Of a stretch of DNA of 64,000 nt, positions 52,358 to 63,055 are shown piece after piece. Every line of letters begins with the position of its first letter. Position 1 is the first letter of the stretch. The translations under genes were made by a program, and so were the position numbers. The stretch lies in assembly GCA_977020255.1 (NCBI GenBank), contig CDROCS010004649.1, positions 1-64,000 of the forward strand. Reading direction: 5' to 3'. Under the pieces are notes generated by a model. It was given only the letters and a program-made list of their open reading frames with translations. It was not told where the DNA came from and ran no database searches. Source of the DNA: Obrimoposthia wandeli. Taxonomy: Eukaryota.

Positions 52358-53436
52358 ATTGTTTCCTTTAGCTTAACCTCAGCAGATAAGTGTTGTACTA
52401 GCCGGCTAGCTATCTTATTAAGTGCTACAATTTCATATACCACACCATACTTTACCGCAGCGCCAGGCATACCCCAAATTAAGCTACTTGCTTCATCTTG
52501 CACTATGGTATGTGCGCCGGCATCTGCAAGCTCTTTCATTGCCTTCGCACCGTCTTCACCCATCCCTGTCAGCATAATAGCAGTTACGTTTGAAAGACTG
52601 AGATCTCGGATTGAATTAAACATTACCTCAACTGATGGTCTATGACGGTTAACCAGAGCAGAATCATCTAAGTGACAAATCAGTTGGTGTCCATTCTTTT
52701 TTACAACCATATGGTGTGAACCCGGCGTAATATAAACGGTGCCTTGCCTTAAGACATCTCCCTCTTTCGCTTCCTTTACCGCTAGAGTAACCTGCTTATT
52801 CAATCGGGTTGCAAATCGCCCGCTAAAGCTCGCAGGAATATGCTGAGTGACGACAATAGGCGGTAAGTTTTCTGGTAGCTCTAATAATAAATCACGCAGC
52901 GCTTCAGTCCCTCCTGTGGAAGCCCCTATCGCAATAATGCTTTGATAACTGTGCACCCTGTTGAAAATGAGTTGATGAGGTATTGGTTTTGGAACACCTG
53001 TCATAGACCGTTTAAGCTTTAATTTCTTCTGAGTTTGTGCTGCTGCTTTGATTTTGTTAACTAAATCTTGCTGGAATATCCTTAGCTCTGTATCAATTGC
53101 TGTTGACTTCGGTTTAGCAATAAAATCAATGGCACCTATTTCTAAGGCTTGTAATGTGACATTAGCACCTGCATGTGTCAGTGTCGAAACCATAATGACG
53201 GGCATCGGATTCAGCTTCATGATGTTGCGTAAAAATGTAATGCCATCCATTTTGGGCATTTCAATATCGAGTGTCAGCACATCCGGTTTTAACTTCTTGA
53301 TTTTATCTCTCGCATCGAAAGGATCTACTGCCTCTCCAATGACATCAATACTCTCCTCAAAAGACAGTATTTCAGTTAAGACGCTGCGTACCACTGCTGA
53401 ATCATCAACAATTAATACTCGAATTTTCTTCATCAT
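52354..53436 (-). CDS. cheB: Chemotaxis methylesterase response regulator
   Basis: REC with LDIEMP; GASTGG, QHIP, HRPSV, LTGMGEDG. Confidence 0.96.
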   Translation of the reverse strand: MMKKIRVLIVDDSAVVRSVLTEILSFEESIDVIGEAVDPFDARDKIKKLKPDVLTLDIEMPKMDGITFLRNIMKLNPMPVIMVSTLTHAGANVTLQALEIGAIDFIAKPKSTAIDTELRIFQQDLVNKIKAAAQTQKKLKLKRSMTGVPKPIPHQLIFNRVHSYQSIIAIGASTGGTEALRDLLLELPENLPPIVVTQHIPASFSGRFATRLNKQVTLAVKEAKEGDVLRQGTVYITPGSHHMVVKKNGHQLICHLDDSALVNRHRPSVEVMFNSIRDLSLSNVTAIMLTGMGEDGAKAMKELADAGAHTIVQDEASSLIWGMPGAAVKYGVVYEIVALNKIASRLVQHLSAEVKLKETI

Positions 53437-53446
53437 AAATCCTTTT

Positions 53447-54064
53447 TTAAAACAGCTCTACAGAAGTATCATCCAGTGATTGATCAACTTCATTTCTATA
53501 TGAGCGTTCCTCTTCAATAAGACGCTGATCTTCACGGTGGTGCAATTTATTCACTAACATACGTCCAGTTGATGGAAAATATGCCACCCGACGTGCCTGA
53601 TCACCACCTACATCAAAGGCAGCTATAGTCAAACCTTCTTCCTTAATATATCGTTTAATAAAATCAATATTTTGAAGGCCTATACGACTCAGACCTATCA
53701 TCATTTCCCCGCCCCCTGTTACTTTAATCTGCATTGTTTCTCGTTTACAACCATGCTTCATCAATTCATTTATCAGCTGCTCCATTGCAAACAAGCCGTA
53801 TCTAAATGGTCGCTCAACATCTTCCTGCGTACTACAGTTGGGCAACATAAAGTGGTTCATTCCACCAAAGCCTGCAACCGAATCATAAATACAAACCGAA
53901 ATACATGAACCCAATACGGTACTCAGTACAATATCTTCTCTGGATATATAAAACTCTCCCGGAAGAATTTTTACTGCTAGGCGGTTCCATTTGGGTTCCC
54001 AAAAGCTCCTAACTCCCTCAAATCCTGGGAGTTCTTCAATGGATGAAGTTCTACCTAATGACAT
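53447..54064 (-). CDS. cheD: Chemoreceptor glutamine deamidase
   Basis: TVLGSCISVC, GGMNHFMLP, DVGG. Confidence 0.95.
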   Translation of the reverse strand: MSLGRTSSIEELPGFEGVRSFWEPKWNRLAVKILPGEFYISREDIVLSTVLGSCISVCIYDSVAGFGGMNHFMLPNCSTQEDVERPFRYGLFAMEQLINELMKHGCKRETMQIKVTGGGEMMIGLSRIGLQNIDFIKRYIKEEGLTIAAFDVGGDQARRVAYFPSTGRMLVNKLHHREDQRLIEEERSYRNEVDQSLDDTSVELF

Positions 54065-54918
54065 TAATCTACCTTCTGATAAATAGTTTTGCCAATTAAT
54101 TTGAAGCGGCTAGCGTGGCGCACTAATGACTCAGAATGACCGACAAACAAATACCCATCTGGTTTTAGTAAGTCAGCTATTCTATCTAACAAGTTTGATT
54201 GAGTGTCCTTATCAAAATAAATCATGACGTTTCTACAAAATATAAAATCAAAAGGACCGTTCATTGGCCAGCCTTCCATAAGATTGAGGTATTTGAACGC
54301 AATCATCTCCTGTAGAGCGGCACTTACTTTCACTTGACCCGTTTGACTCCCTATGCCTTTTAAAAACCATTTTTGTAGTATGTTTTTTGGTAGCTTGTTG
54401 ACTCTATCAAGCGAATACACTCCAGATGCAGCACTGCCCAATACTTTTGAGTCGATATCCGTCGCTAGTATTCGCACATCCCAGCTGGATAGGTCGATAG
54501 TAGAATCAAGCAAAGTCATCGCCATACTGTAAGGCTCTTCCCCGAGAGAACAACCTGCAGACCAAATACGTAGTCGTCGTGCACCATCCGCTGATAATTC
54601 TGGCAATATGGTCTGATTAATAAAATCGAAATGATGGCGCTCTCTGAAAAATGACGTCAAATTAGTGGTCATTGCGTTGATAAACTGCGTAAACTCAACT
54701 AAATCACTATCAAGATAGCGTAGATATTCATCGAAACTATCAATTTTCAACTCTCTAAGGCGCCTCACTAAACGGTTGTAAACCATCTCTTTCTTATGAT
54801 CGGCGAGCACAATTCCTGCATAATCATAAAGCACGTCCCTCACCCATATAAAATGCTTGGTTGAGAAAGTAAATTCGCGCTGTCTTAAAGATTCATTTTC
54901 CGCTGAGGGAGATGCCAT
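54064..54918 (-). CDS. cheR: Chemotaxis methyltransferase
   Basis: TTNLTSFFRE, WSAGCS.GEEPYS, IFCRNVMIYF, GHSE. Confidence 0.96.
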   Translation of the reverse strand: MASPSAENESLRQREFTFSTKHFIWVRDVLYDYAGIVLADHKKEMVYNRLVRRLRELKIDSFDEYLRYLDSDLVEFTQFINAMTTNLTSFFRERHHFDFINQTILPELSADGARRLRIWSAGCSLGEEPYSMAMTLLDSTIDLSSWDVRILATDIDSKVLGSAASGVYSLDRVNKLPKNILQKWFLKGIGSQTGQVKVSAALQEMIAFKYLNLMEGWPMNGPFDFIFCRNVMIYFDKDTQSNLLDRIADLLKPDGYLFVGHSESLVRHASRFKLIGKTIYQKVD

Positions 54919-55114
54919 TTAAAAATCCTATTGCATGCAGGTATCCAATCGATTCATTCATTTTAGCTATACAGACTAAATTTCAAAGCAATCAAACTGT
55001 ACGTATTTAACCCTTCGACACCTCGCGATCATACCGACGTCAGCGTGACACCAAACCATACTTATATTAGTTTGCATCTAATACTTAATACAGATGTCTC
55101 AGAGAAGATTCGCC

Positions 55115-57472
55115 TTAAAACTCTTCCCACTCTTCATTACTTTTATTTGCTCCAATTATCTGAGAAGAAACGGCCGGTCTTTGCGTTCTATTTTGGTGCC
55201 CCTGTTTTGACGCAGCCTTTGTAGCTTGAGTCGTCATTCTACGAACTCTTTGCACATCAGTAAGCATTTTTTGTTCAGTATCTAACCCAGATGTAGTGAA
55301 CACACTAACTAAACGCTGTAATTGTCCAGCCTGCTCTTCCATAGAAGAGGAAGCCGCTGCGACCTCTTCTACTAATGCAGCATTTTGTTGAGTACCTTCA
55401 TCCATTTGAGTAACCGCAACATTTACCTGCTCAATTCCTGTTGCCTGCTCTCTACTAGCAGCAGCTATCTCACTCACAATACTGGTTACGTTTTCGATAG
55501 AGCCCATAATTTCAACCAGTGCCTTACCTGATTCATCAACAAAAGAACCACCCTCTTCTACTTTTTTAACGCTGTCGTTGATTAGCTCTTTAATCTCTTT
55601 TGCCGCCCCTGCACTGCGTTGCGCAAGGTTACGTACTTCCGATGCGACAACTGCAAAACCACGCCCCTGCTCACCAGCACGTGCAGCTTCTACAGCAGCA
55701 TTTAGCGCTAATAAGTTAGTTTGAAAGGCAATTTGATCAATCACGCTGATGATTTCTGCAATTTTTCTGGAACTGGCACTAATATCGCCCATAGATACTT
55801 CTACTTTCTTGGATATTTCTCCGCCTTTTCCTGCTAGAGCTTGCGCTTCTGATGCAAGTTTGCGCGCTTCTTGAGCATTATCAGCGTTTTGTCTAACGGT
55901 ACTGGTCATCTCTTCCATACTCGCCGCTGTTTGCTCTAAACTTGCCGCCTGCGATTCGGTACGTTGGCTCAAGGTAGCATTACCCTTTGATATTTCTGAA
56001 GAACCCGTTGCTATATTGGCACCTGCTCCACGAATCTCATTAACCATATTTGCCAAATTGTTAATTGACGTGTTCAAAGCGTTGTTGAGTTCAGCAAACT
56101 CACCGTGGAAATCACCGTTCATTTGCTGAGTCAAATCTCCTTCTGCCAGTGACTCAAGTACTCGTCTAACTTCTTGTATAGGCTCAATTACCGCATCTAA
56201 CATCTGATTAACACCCGCTGATATATTTTTCATAAACCCTGAGTACTGATCGATATCCAAGCGTTGTCCTAACTCACCCTTAGAGGCTTTTTCAATCAAG
56301 TTTTCTATGGATACTTCTGCCAATAACTGCGCGGTAATATCTGTCCATTCAACTACGGTCCCCAGACGCTCTGAGTGCTCATCAATGACTGGATTTGCAA
56401 TAAGTCTAAAGCTACGCTTGCCTACTTTAATGTTACCATCAAATGTCGATTTCAAACTATCTAACAAGCTTCTTTGGTGCTCTGGTTTTTTGTGGAACAC
56501 ATCAAAATTAGAGCCTAAAATTTTACTCGCTTCAAAATCCGGTAGCTGTTCTTGAATATCACTTTCTGCTTTACCCATCATTTCTATAACCGAATCGTTA
56601 GCGTAAATTATTTCACCACTGTTATCGGCTAACATCACATTAGAAGACACATTATCAAGTGCTACTTTAATGCGTTGCGCACTTTTCGCCGCTTCCTTTG
56701 CATCATTTACTTCGAAGCCCAATTTCACTGCCAGCATCCTCACACCACGTTTTAACTCACCTGCTTCCCCTGCCTCTTCCACCGGAATATTCGATAGGTG
56801 TTCACCTTGAGAAACCAAAAGCATACTTTGTTTTGTTTGATTGAGCGGTGCTATAACGTTTTTAGCCATAAAACGACGTGCCCCAAATAGCATGATTAGG
56901 AAAGCCACAATAGGTCCCGTCATCATAGCCTCGCCCGGCAAACCGGAAAAATACACAGCTACATTAATCAATAAGGCACACACGACACCAATCAATCCAT
57001 ACTGACTTATTCCGCTCATCAGATTAGCTTTGCTTATGTTGCTAGGTGCTGGAATTGATGCTTCGTTATTTTTCAATTGTAGATACAACTGAGCAGAAGC
57101 CGCTATTTCTTCCTCTGATGGACACGTGCGAACCGACATATACTCAGCAATTTCACCATTTCTGAACACCGGTGTCACATGGGCTTTAACCCAATAATAA
57201 TCGCCGTTTTTGCAGCGATTCTTGACTAATTTGGTCCAAGGGCGCCCCAGTTTCAATGTATCCCACAAATCTTTAAAGGCTGCAGGTGGCATATCTGGGT
57301 GTCTCACTACGTTATGGTTTTTACCGACAAGTTCGTCACGACTAAACCCACTAATCTCAATGAATGCCGAATTAGTCTCGGTAATAATCCCTTTAAGGTT
57401 AGTTTTTGTGACAAGTTCCTGACCATCTTGGAGCTTTACTTCGTGATCCGTAACTGGCTCATTTATTTTCAT
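55115..57472 (-). CDS. Hybrid Aer/Aer2-type chemoreceptor (FAD-PAS, TM hairpin, HAMP, heme-PAS, HAMP, MCP domain, EWEEF pentapeptide)
   Basis: RHPDMP/W/KNR of Aer PAS; [12 protein letters not shown] and VVEW of Aer2 PAS; canonical [21 protein letters not shown]; C-terminal WEEF. Confidence 0.88.
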   Translation of the reverse strand: MKINEPVTDHEVKLQDGQELVTKTNLKGIITETNSAFIEISGFSRDELVGKNHNVVRHPDMPPAAFKDLWDTLKLGRPWTKLVKNRCKNGDYYWVKAHVTPVFRNGEIAEYMSVRTCPSEEEIAASAQLYLQLKNNEASIPAPSNISKANLMSGISQYGLIGVVCALLINVAVYFSGLPGEAMMTGPIVAFLIMLFGARRFMAKNVIAPLNQTKQSMLLVSQGEHLSNIPVEEAGEAGELKRGVRMLAVKLGFEVNDAKEAAKSAQRIKVALDNVSSNVMLADNSGEIIYANDSVIEMMGKAESDIQEQLPDFEASKILGSNFDVFHKKPEHQRSLLDSLKSTFDGNIKVGKRSFRLIANPVIDEHSERLGTVVEWTDITAQLLAEVSIENLIEKASKGELGQRLDIDQYSGFMKNISAGVNQMLDAVIEPIQEVRRVLESLAEGDLTQQMNGDFHGEFAELNNALNTSINNLANMVNEIRGAGANIATGSSEISKGNATLSQRTESQAASLEQTAASMEEMTSTVRQNADNAQEARKLASEAQALAGKGGEISKKVEVSMGDISASSRKIAEIISVIDQIAFQTNLLALNAAVEAARAGEQGRGFAVVASEVRNLAQRSAGAAKEIKELINDSVKKVEEGGSFVDESGKALVEIMGSIENVTSIVSEIAAASREQATGIEQVNVAVTQMDEGTQQNAALVEEVAAASSSMEEQAGQLQRLVSVFTTSGLDTEQKMLTDVQRVRRMTTQATKAASKQGHQNRTQRPAVSSQIIGANKSNEEWEEF

Positions 57473-57499
57473 TCTTGCTTCTCCACATACCTGTATTGC

Positions 57500-58021
57500 T
57501 TATTCATCATATGAAGCTAGCTCTTCAATAGCCAACTCATTGGAATTCATTAGTGCATCAATATCCATCAAAATAATCATTCTGTCACCTTGGGCAATCA
57601 GACCGGTTATAAACTCAGTTTTTATTGCTCCGCCAATCTGGGGTGCAGGCTGTATTTTGTCTTCCATCAACGTGTACGTTTCTGCAACTGCATCTACAAT
57701 GATACCCATCACACGCTCACTCTTACCGCTTTCAACCTTAATCACAATGACAACAGTAGTGGGTCCATATTCCACTTCAGGCAAACCAAAGCGTTGTCGC
57801 AAATCAACCACGGGGATAATCGCACCGCGTAGATTAAGTACCCCTTTTAAGTAATCAGGCATATCAGGTACTCTGGTCACAGGTGTCCAGCCACGTAATT
57901 CCTGCACCCGTAAAATATCTATAGCGTACTCTTCATTATCCAAAAGAAAGCTCAAATATTGTCGACCCTCCTCGTTACACTGCAGATCATTTTCCTGCAT
58001 CTGCGACTCTTGTGTTGTCAT
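57500..58021 (-). CDS. cheW: Chemotaxis coupling protein
   Basis: YLSF.L..EEYA, GVLNLRGAIIPVVDLR, GIIVDAV. Confidence 0.96.
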   Translation of the reverse strand: MTTQESQMQENDLQCNEEGRQYLSFLLDNEEYAIDILRVQELRGWTPVTRVPDMPDYLKGVLNLRGAIIPVVDLRQRFGLPEVEYGPTTVVIVIKVESGKSERVMGIIVDAVAETYTLMEDKIQPAPQIGGAIKTEFITGLIAQGDRMIILMDIDALMNSNELAIEELASYDE

Positions 58022-60471
58022 GCAGTTCCCCTCTGACCCAAATTGTTTTTTAAGCTGCTTTTATCTTTTTCTGCACAGGCTTCTATTTCAAAAATGCGAC
58101 CACGTTGCATTAAACCTGCGACATCCAATATCAATGCCACACTGCCATTTCCAAGAATAGTAGCGCCAGCTAGCCCTTCTACACGTTTGAAATTAGCCTC
58201 CAAACTCTTAATAACTACTTGTTGCTGTCCATAAAGCTCATCAACAATTAACCCTACTTTTTTACCTCCACTTTCTACAATGGCAATCAGCTTTCTTTCA
58301 ATCTCATTATGTGATTCTTTAACAGGAAATTTAAACAGCGCTTTAAGGTCAATAAGTGGTATATACTCTTCGCGAAAATGCAACAGCTTGCTTTCACCTG
58401 CAATAGAATTTAATGCACTATTGTCAGCTAAGATAGTTTCCACTATTGATACTAAAGGAATGATATAGGTATCTTCATAGACTCGTACCAGCTGCCCCTC
58501 CAATATAGCCAGTGTAAGCGGTAAGCGAACACTAAAAGCAGACCCGCGCCCGGGCTCTGACTTAACGCTGACCTGACCACCTAATGATTCAACATTACGG
58601 CGCACCACATCCATCCCGACACCACGGCCTGACAAATCAGTAACGGCATCAGTTGTAGAAAAACCAGCTTTAAAAACTAACTCGTTAATCTCGTCATCAC
58701 TCAATAGTTGATCCGCATTAATCAAACCTTTTTCGAGCGCTTTTTCAAAGATTCTCTGGGTATTCAAACCGCGCCCATCATCGATGATATCAATAACAAT
58801 GTAGCCGCCTTGATGATAAGCATTGAGCTGCACTTTACCCGTCTCTGGTTTACCAGCTGCGATGCGCTCGTGCGGTTCTTCTAAACCGTGATCTAGAGAG
58901 TTACGAATGAGATGAGTCATCGGATCACCGATTTTTTCCATCACTGTTTTATCAATTTTGGTCTGTTCGCCAGAAATAATAAGTTCTACTTTTTTCCCTA
59001 AACTACCACTGACGTCATGTACCAATCGTGGGAATCGATTAAAAACAAAGCTAATAGGCAACATCCGCACTCGCATAACATCTTCTTGCAGGTCTCGCGT
59101 ATTACGCTCCAGTAGTTCTAGCCCCGTTTGTAATCGTTCGATCTCCGGACCCGATGTTATATCAGCTAGGTCAGCGCCTACCTGCCCGAGCATCGCCTGT
59201 GTAATAACTAACTCGCCGACACGGTTAATCAAAGCGTCAACTTTGTCAGTATCAACCCTTATAGAACTTGCCTCAGAGGTGTTTTTTGCTTTGCCTGGTG
59301 CGGATGAACTCTTTGGATTAACAGTCGGTTTTGTAACAGCCGCATTCACTCTCAACGTATTATCAGCAAGCTCTTGAAACTCACTATTACTCGATAGTGT
59401 TTGTGAGGTGATCAATTCAGCAGATGTATCATCACCGGTCATATTTTCCGCAACAGCTGATAGTAGAGTAATATCTAAATCACACGCGTCTTCCACCCAC
59501 TCGAATATCTCAAGTATTTGCTCTTTGTTACAATGAGACTCTAACCTTATCTCCCAAGATAAATATAGTTCATCAGGACAAAGCTCCATCAGGGAAGGCA
59601 ATTTTTGCGTGACAGCTGTAACGCTTAAGCCACCCAATTCACAAAGAGCATTGAACATTAAAGAAGGCTCATTGCCTGTTTTTAGGATATCACCTTCTGG
59701 AACAAAGCAAATTCTCCAACCTTCTTCAACCATCGTAGTTATTTGTTGTAATGGGGTGATTATCAGATCACACTCATCTTCAATCCATTCAAAAATTTCT
59801 CGAACTTCTTCCTCAACACATCGAGAGTGTAGCGATATCTCCCAGCTTAGATTAAGACCCTCTGGATCGAAGTCATAAAGCGCAGGCAATGTATTAGTCA
59901 CAGCCTTCACGTGCAAAGCCCCCATCTCAGCTAATGCTTCAAACATGAACAAAGGCTCATGCCCACCGCGTAACACCTCTGCATTAGGTATAAAGTGGAT
60001 GTTCCAACCTTGTTGCTCTAATTCAGCGTTAACAGATGACATTTCAGGCTCTTCAGTCGCTACTGGCGCTATATTTGACTCAGCGGCTTCTGTATCCAGC
60101 GCTTGCTGTAAACGATCCTTTACACTTGTAATCATCAAAGCATCTGCTTCAGGGCCATCCTGAGTTGCTTTAAGCAAGGCTTTAATGCAATCAACTGATT
60201 CCAGCAAGAGGTTTACTAAAGAGACTGATGCCTCTAGCTTCTTACCTCTCATTTCATCGAGTAATGTTTCTACTGTGTGGGTGAAATTTGTAATGTCGTT
60301 AAAACCAAAGGTACCAGCACCGCCCTTTATTGAATGGGCTGCTCGAAAAATAGAATTAATTACTTCCTGATCACTGGCATCAAAGTTGAGAAGACCAGTC
60401 TCCATTACCTCTAAGCCTTCATAGCTCTCTTCGAGGAAAGTGCCTATAAATTGAGATAAATCTATACTCAT
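58018..60471 (-). CDS. cheA: Chemotaxis histidine kinase with two tandem P2-like domains
   Basis: Hpt FRAAHSIKGG, HLIRNSLDHG, DDGRG, SGRGVGMDVV, LPLTLAI. Confidence 0.96.
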   Translation of the reverse strand: MSIDLSQFIGTFLEESYEGLEVMETGLLNFDASDQEVINSIFRAAHSIKGGAGTFGFNDITNFTHTVETLLDEMRGKKLEASVSLVNLLLESVDCIKALLKATQDGPEADALMITSVKDRLQQALDTEAAESNIAPVATEEPEMSSVNAELEQQGWNIHFIPNAEVLRGGHEPLFMFEALAEMGALHVKAVTNTLPALYDFDPEGLNLSWEISLHSRCVEEEVREIFEWIEDECDLIITPLQQITTMVEEGWRICFVPEGDILKTGNEPSLMFNALCELGGLSVTAVTQKLPSLMELCPDELYLSWEIRLESHCNKEQILEIFEWVEDACDLDITLLSAVAENMTGDDTSAELITSQTLSSNSEFQELADNTLRVNAAVTKPTVNPKSSSAPGKAKNTSEASSIRVDTDKVDALINRVGELVITQAMLGQVGADLADITSGPEIERLQTGLELLERNTRDLQEDVMRVRMLPISFVFNRFPRLVHDVSGSLGKKVELIISGEQTKIDKTVMEKIGDPMTHLIRNSLDHGLEEPHERIAAGKPETGKVQLNAYHQGGYIVIDIIDDGRGLNTQRIFEKALEKGLINADQLLSDDEINELVFKAGFSTTDAVTDLSGRGVGMDVVRRNVESLGGQVSVKSEPGRGSAFSVRLPLTLAILEGQLVRVYEDTYIIPLVSIVETILADNSALNSIAGESKLLHFREEYIPLIDLKALFKFPVKESHNEIERKLIAIVESGGKKVGLIVDELYGQQQVVIKSLEANFKRVEGLAGATILGNGSVALILDVAGLMQRGRIFEIEACAEKDKSSLKNNLGQRGTA

Positions 60472-60479
60472 AACTATAA

Positions 60480-60842
60480 TTACCGCACAACACGTTGAAT
60501 TGTATTTAATAGTTTTTCGGGATTAAAAGGCTTAACTAACCAACCTGTCGCTCCTGCACTTTTCCCTTTTTGCTTCATATCGGCCGAGCTTTCGGTAGTG
60601 AGTATTAGGATGGGTGTAAACTTAAAAGGAGGCAGTTTACGAAGTTCACTGCACAAGGTTACTCCATCCATTATAGGCATGTTAACGTCGGTTAATACTA
60701 AATCAAAACGCTCAGTTTTAGCCTTATTTAGACCCTCTTGTCCGTCACTAGCATCCACTACTTGATGCCCTGCCTCTTCGAGGACGAAACTGACCATATT
60801 GCGAATTGATGCAGAATCATCTACAACTAAGATTCTTGCCAT
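60480..60842 (-). CDS. cheY: Chemotaxis response regulator
   Basis: VDDS, TDVNMP, LTTES, GWLVKPF. Confidence 0.95.
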   Translation of the reverse strand: MARILVVDDSASIRNMVSFVLEEAGHQVVDASDGQEGLNKAKTERFDLVLTDVNMPIMDGVTLCSELRKLPPFKFTPILILTTESSADMKQKGKSAGATGWLVKPFNPEKLLNTIQRVVR

Positions 60843-61126
60843 GTAGCACTCTCCAATAATAGTTTTTGATCAAGGCCCAACTGTCGGGCTGTTGTAATAA
60901 GAGCTGGTGAAGGAGAGTCCCATTTTAGTTGCTTATCGGCCGAGACCATTTCAATAACAAATACCGTCAATAATTGTATTCCCGCTGTATCAATTCGAAG
61001 AAGTTCTGCACCATTAATACAAACTGATGAATAGTTATGAAGCACATCGAGTAAGGTCAACCTCAACTCATTTACATTCTCAATTGAAATTTCTTCTGGT
61101 AAACGAAGAGTAGTATTATTGCTCAT
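60827..61126 (-). CDS. STAS domain protein (anti-anti-sigma-like, F7 cluster associated)
   Basis: IDTAGIQLL motif; first gene of the che operon. Confidence 0.85.
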   Translation of the reverse strand: MSNNTTLRLPEEISIENVNELRLTLLDVLHNYSSVCINGAELLRIDTAGIQLLTVFVIEMVSADKQLKWDSPSPALITTARQLGLDQKLLLESATWQES

Positions 61127-61369
61127 TACTGCTCCTTTATGTTTTCGATATATCCTATGAGTTACTTCCTAGATATACGTAATAATATTAAGCTCCAAAC
61201 TATGTTTGGGTGTAATTAAAGAATAGTATAAAGTTATAATAAACGTAGTTTTTTATAATGTTTTTTCAGTCGTCCGATATTATTGCAAAACAACCTTCTC
61301 TAGCTCCTCTTAACTCATTTGTAACATTGTTAGTTTATGGTTTACTAATATGACGTGCTCAACTAGCCA

Positions 61370-61979
61370 AAAACACCGCTAAGAAACAACGTTCTCCCCT
61401 TTCCTTAGAGGGCTTAATAACATGAGACTTAATGCTTCACCTTGGATGCAAGTTGCTATGGATCTAGCTTTAGTATCATTACAAAGGCGTGGAGATCTAT
61501 GTAATCTAAAGTATGACGATATACACGATGGTAGAATGTTTGTTATCCAGGAGAAAACTGAGAAGCATGGTGTACGTGCAAGGCTCTCTATCGAGTATGG
61601 ACAGCAATTAGAAGCTATCATCAACCAAAGCCGTGCAGATAATATAGTAACGCCCTATGTGCTACATGAGCGCCCTAGTCGCATTATAAAAACAAACACT
61701 AAGTCACACTGGTGTCAGATATTGCCTGATCGCCTAAGTAAACGGTTTGCTGCTGCTCGAGATAGCATAAAGAAGTTTAGTGATATGAAGCCATCTGAGA
61801 AACCGACCTTTCATGAAATAAGGGCTTTAGGTGGTTGGCTATATTTACAACAAGGTCATAGCAAAGAGTACGTTAACTTACTAATGGGACATACTACTAT
61901 GGCTATGACAGATCATTATACTGATAGGCATGTGGAATATACTGAGTGTAAGGCTGAGCTTAGCTATCGAAATCTTTAA
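61370..61979 (+). pseudogene. 5'-truncated lambda-like phage integrase (catalytic half)
   Basis: QRRGDL, FHEIRALG, LMGHT..AMTDHY; N-terminal domains absent, frameshift near 61420. Confidence 0.85.
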
Positions 61980-62200
61980 TTTCGGCTGACACAAAGCGAC
62001 CATTTAAGTCAGTAGTTATCGGAATTGAAACGACATTTAACAGCCAGCAACCTAAACTTTATCATCTAAGCGCGAATCGTATCAGCCGCTCATCGTTAGT
62101 GGATGCCAATGGCAATCGGCCCGCTGCTATTTTCAGTGAAACGTTCTATTTCCTGCTCAGTAAGGTGCGCTAAAAGCTACCTAAAAATGATGCGAACCAA

Positions 62201-63023
62201 ATGATAAGGTTAATTGATTCGACAACGATTGATTTGAACCTTAATCAATTTAAGTGGGCAAAGTTTCGTTCAAAGAAGGCAGGGATAAAGCTTCATACCG
62301 TGTACGACCCTAATGCCGCAGTCCCTGTTTATTTTTCATTAACAGAGGCTAAAACAAATGATGCTAAAGAACTAAGCAACCTGCCGATGATGCCAAACAC
62401 GACCCATATTGTTGATCGTGCTTATAATAATTACAGTTGGTTTTATTCATTGAATCAGGATAACTCTATATTTGTTGGTCGAATGAAGACAAACACTTGC
62501 TATCAAGTAGTGAAAAAAAAGATTCCTATAGGAATAGGAGTCGTTGCGGATGAAATTATTCGACTAAGCAGCCCTAAAGGAAAGAAGCTCTGCCCAATTG
62601 ATTTACGCCGCGTCACCTTCGTTCGAGAAGAAGATCAAAAAGAACTGGTATTTATCACCAATGATTTATCACGTTCAGCGGTGGAGATCGCTGCATTATA
62701 TAAACAGCGCTGAGAAATAGAATTGTTTTTTAAGCGGATAAAACAGAACCTAAAAATAAAACGTTTTATCAGCCAAAATAAAAACGGTGTGATGATTCAA
62801 GTATTGATAGCACTCATATCCTACCTGCTACTAAAGTTGACACAATTAACATACTTGAGTAAGCAAACACTCTATCAGATATGCCTATTAATCGGTGCAA
62901 ACCTGATGGAGCGTAGAGGTATGATGGAGTTGCTAAATCCATGCTTAAAACGGCTAAAACCAGACAAAAACAGCGTGGAACAAATGAATTTGGGGCTTTT
63001 AAATGTTTAACCGGACACTAGTG
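62201..63023 (+). mobile_element. Truncated IS4-family element; transposase broken by an in-frame TGA at 62711
   Basis: GIKLHTVYD, DRAYN, Y..R(*)EIE.FFK signature; both ORFs in the same frame; right end ...ccggacactagtg; left end missing. Confidence 0.85.
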
Positions 63024-63055
63024 AAACAGTATTATAAAATATAGATGCTTATGTG

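Noticed and set aside
92-60370. Numerous 60-200-aa ORFs antisense or out of frame to confident genes (e.g. 485-796, 2610-2846, 7778-8149, 18629-19051, 52037-52645)
   Set aside because: Shadow ORFs overlapping well-supported CDSs, with no independent motifs.
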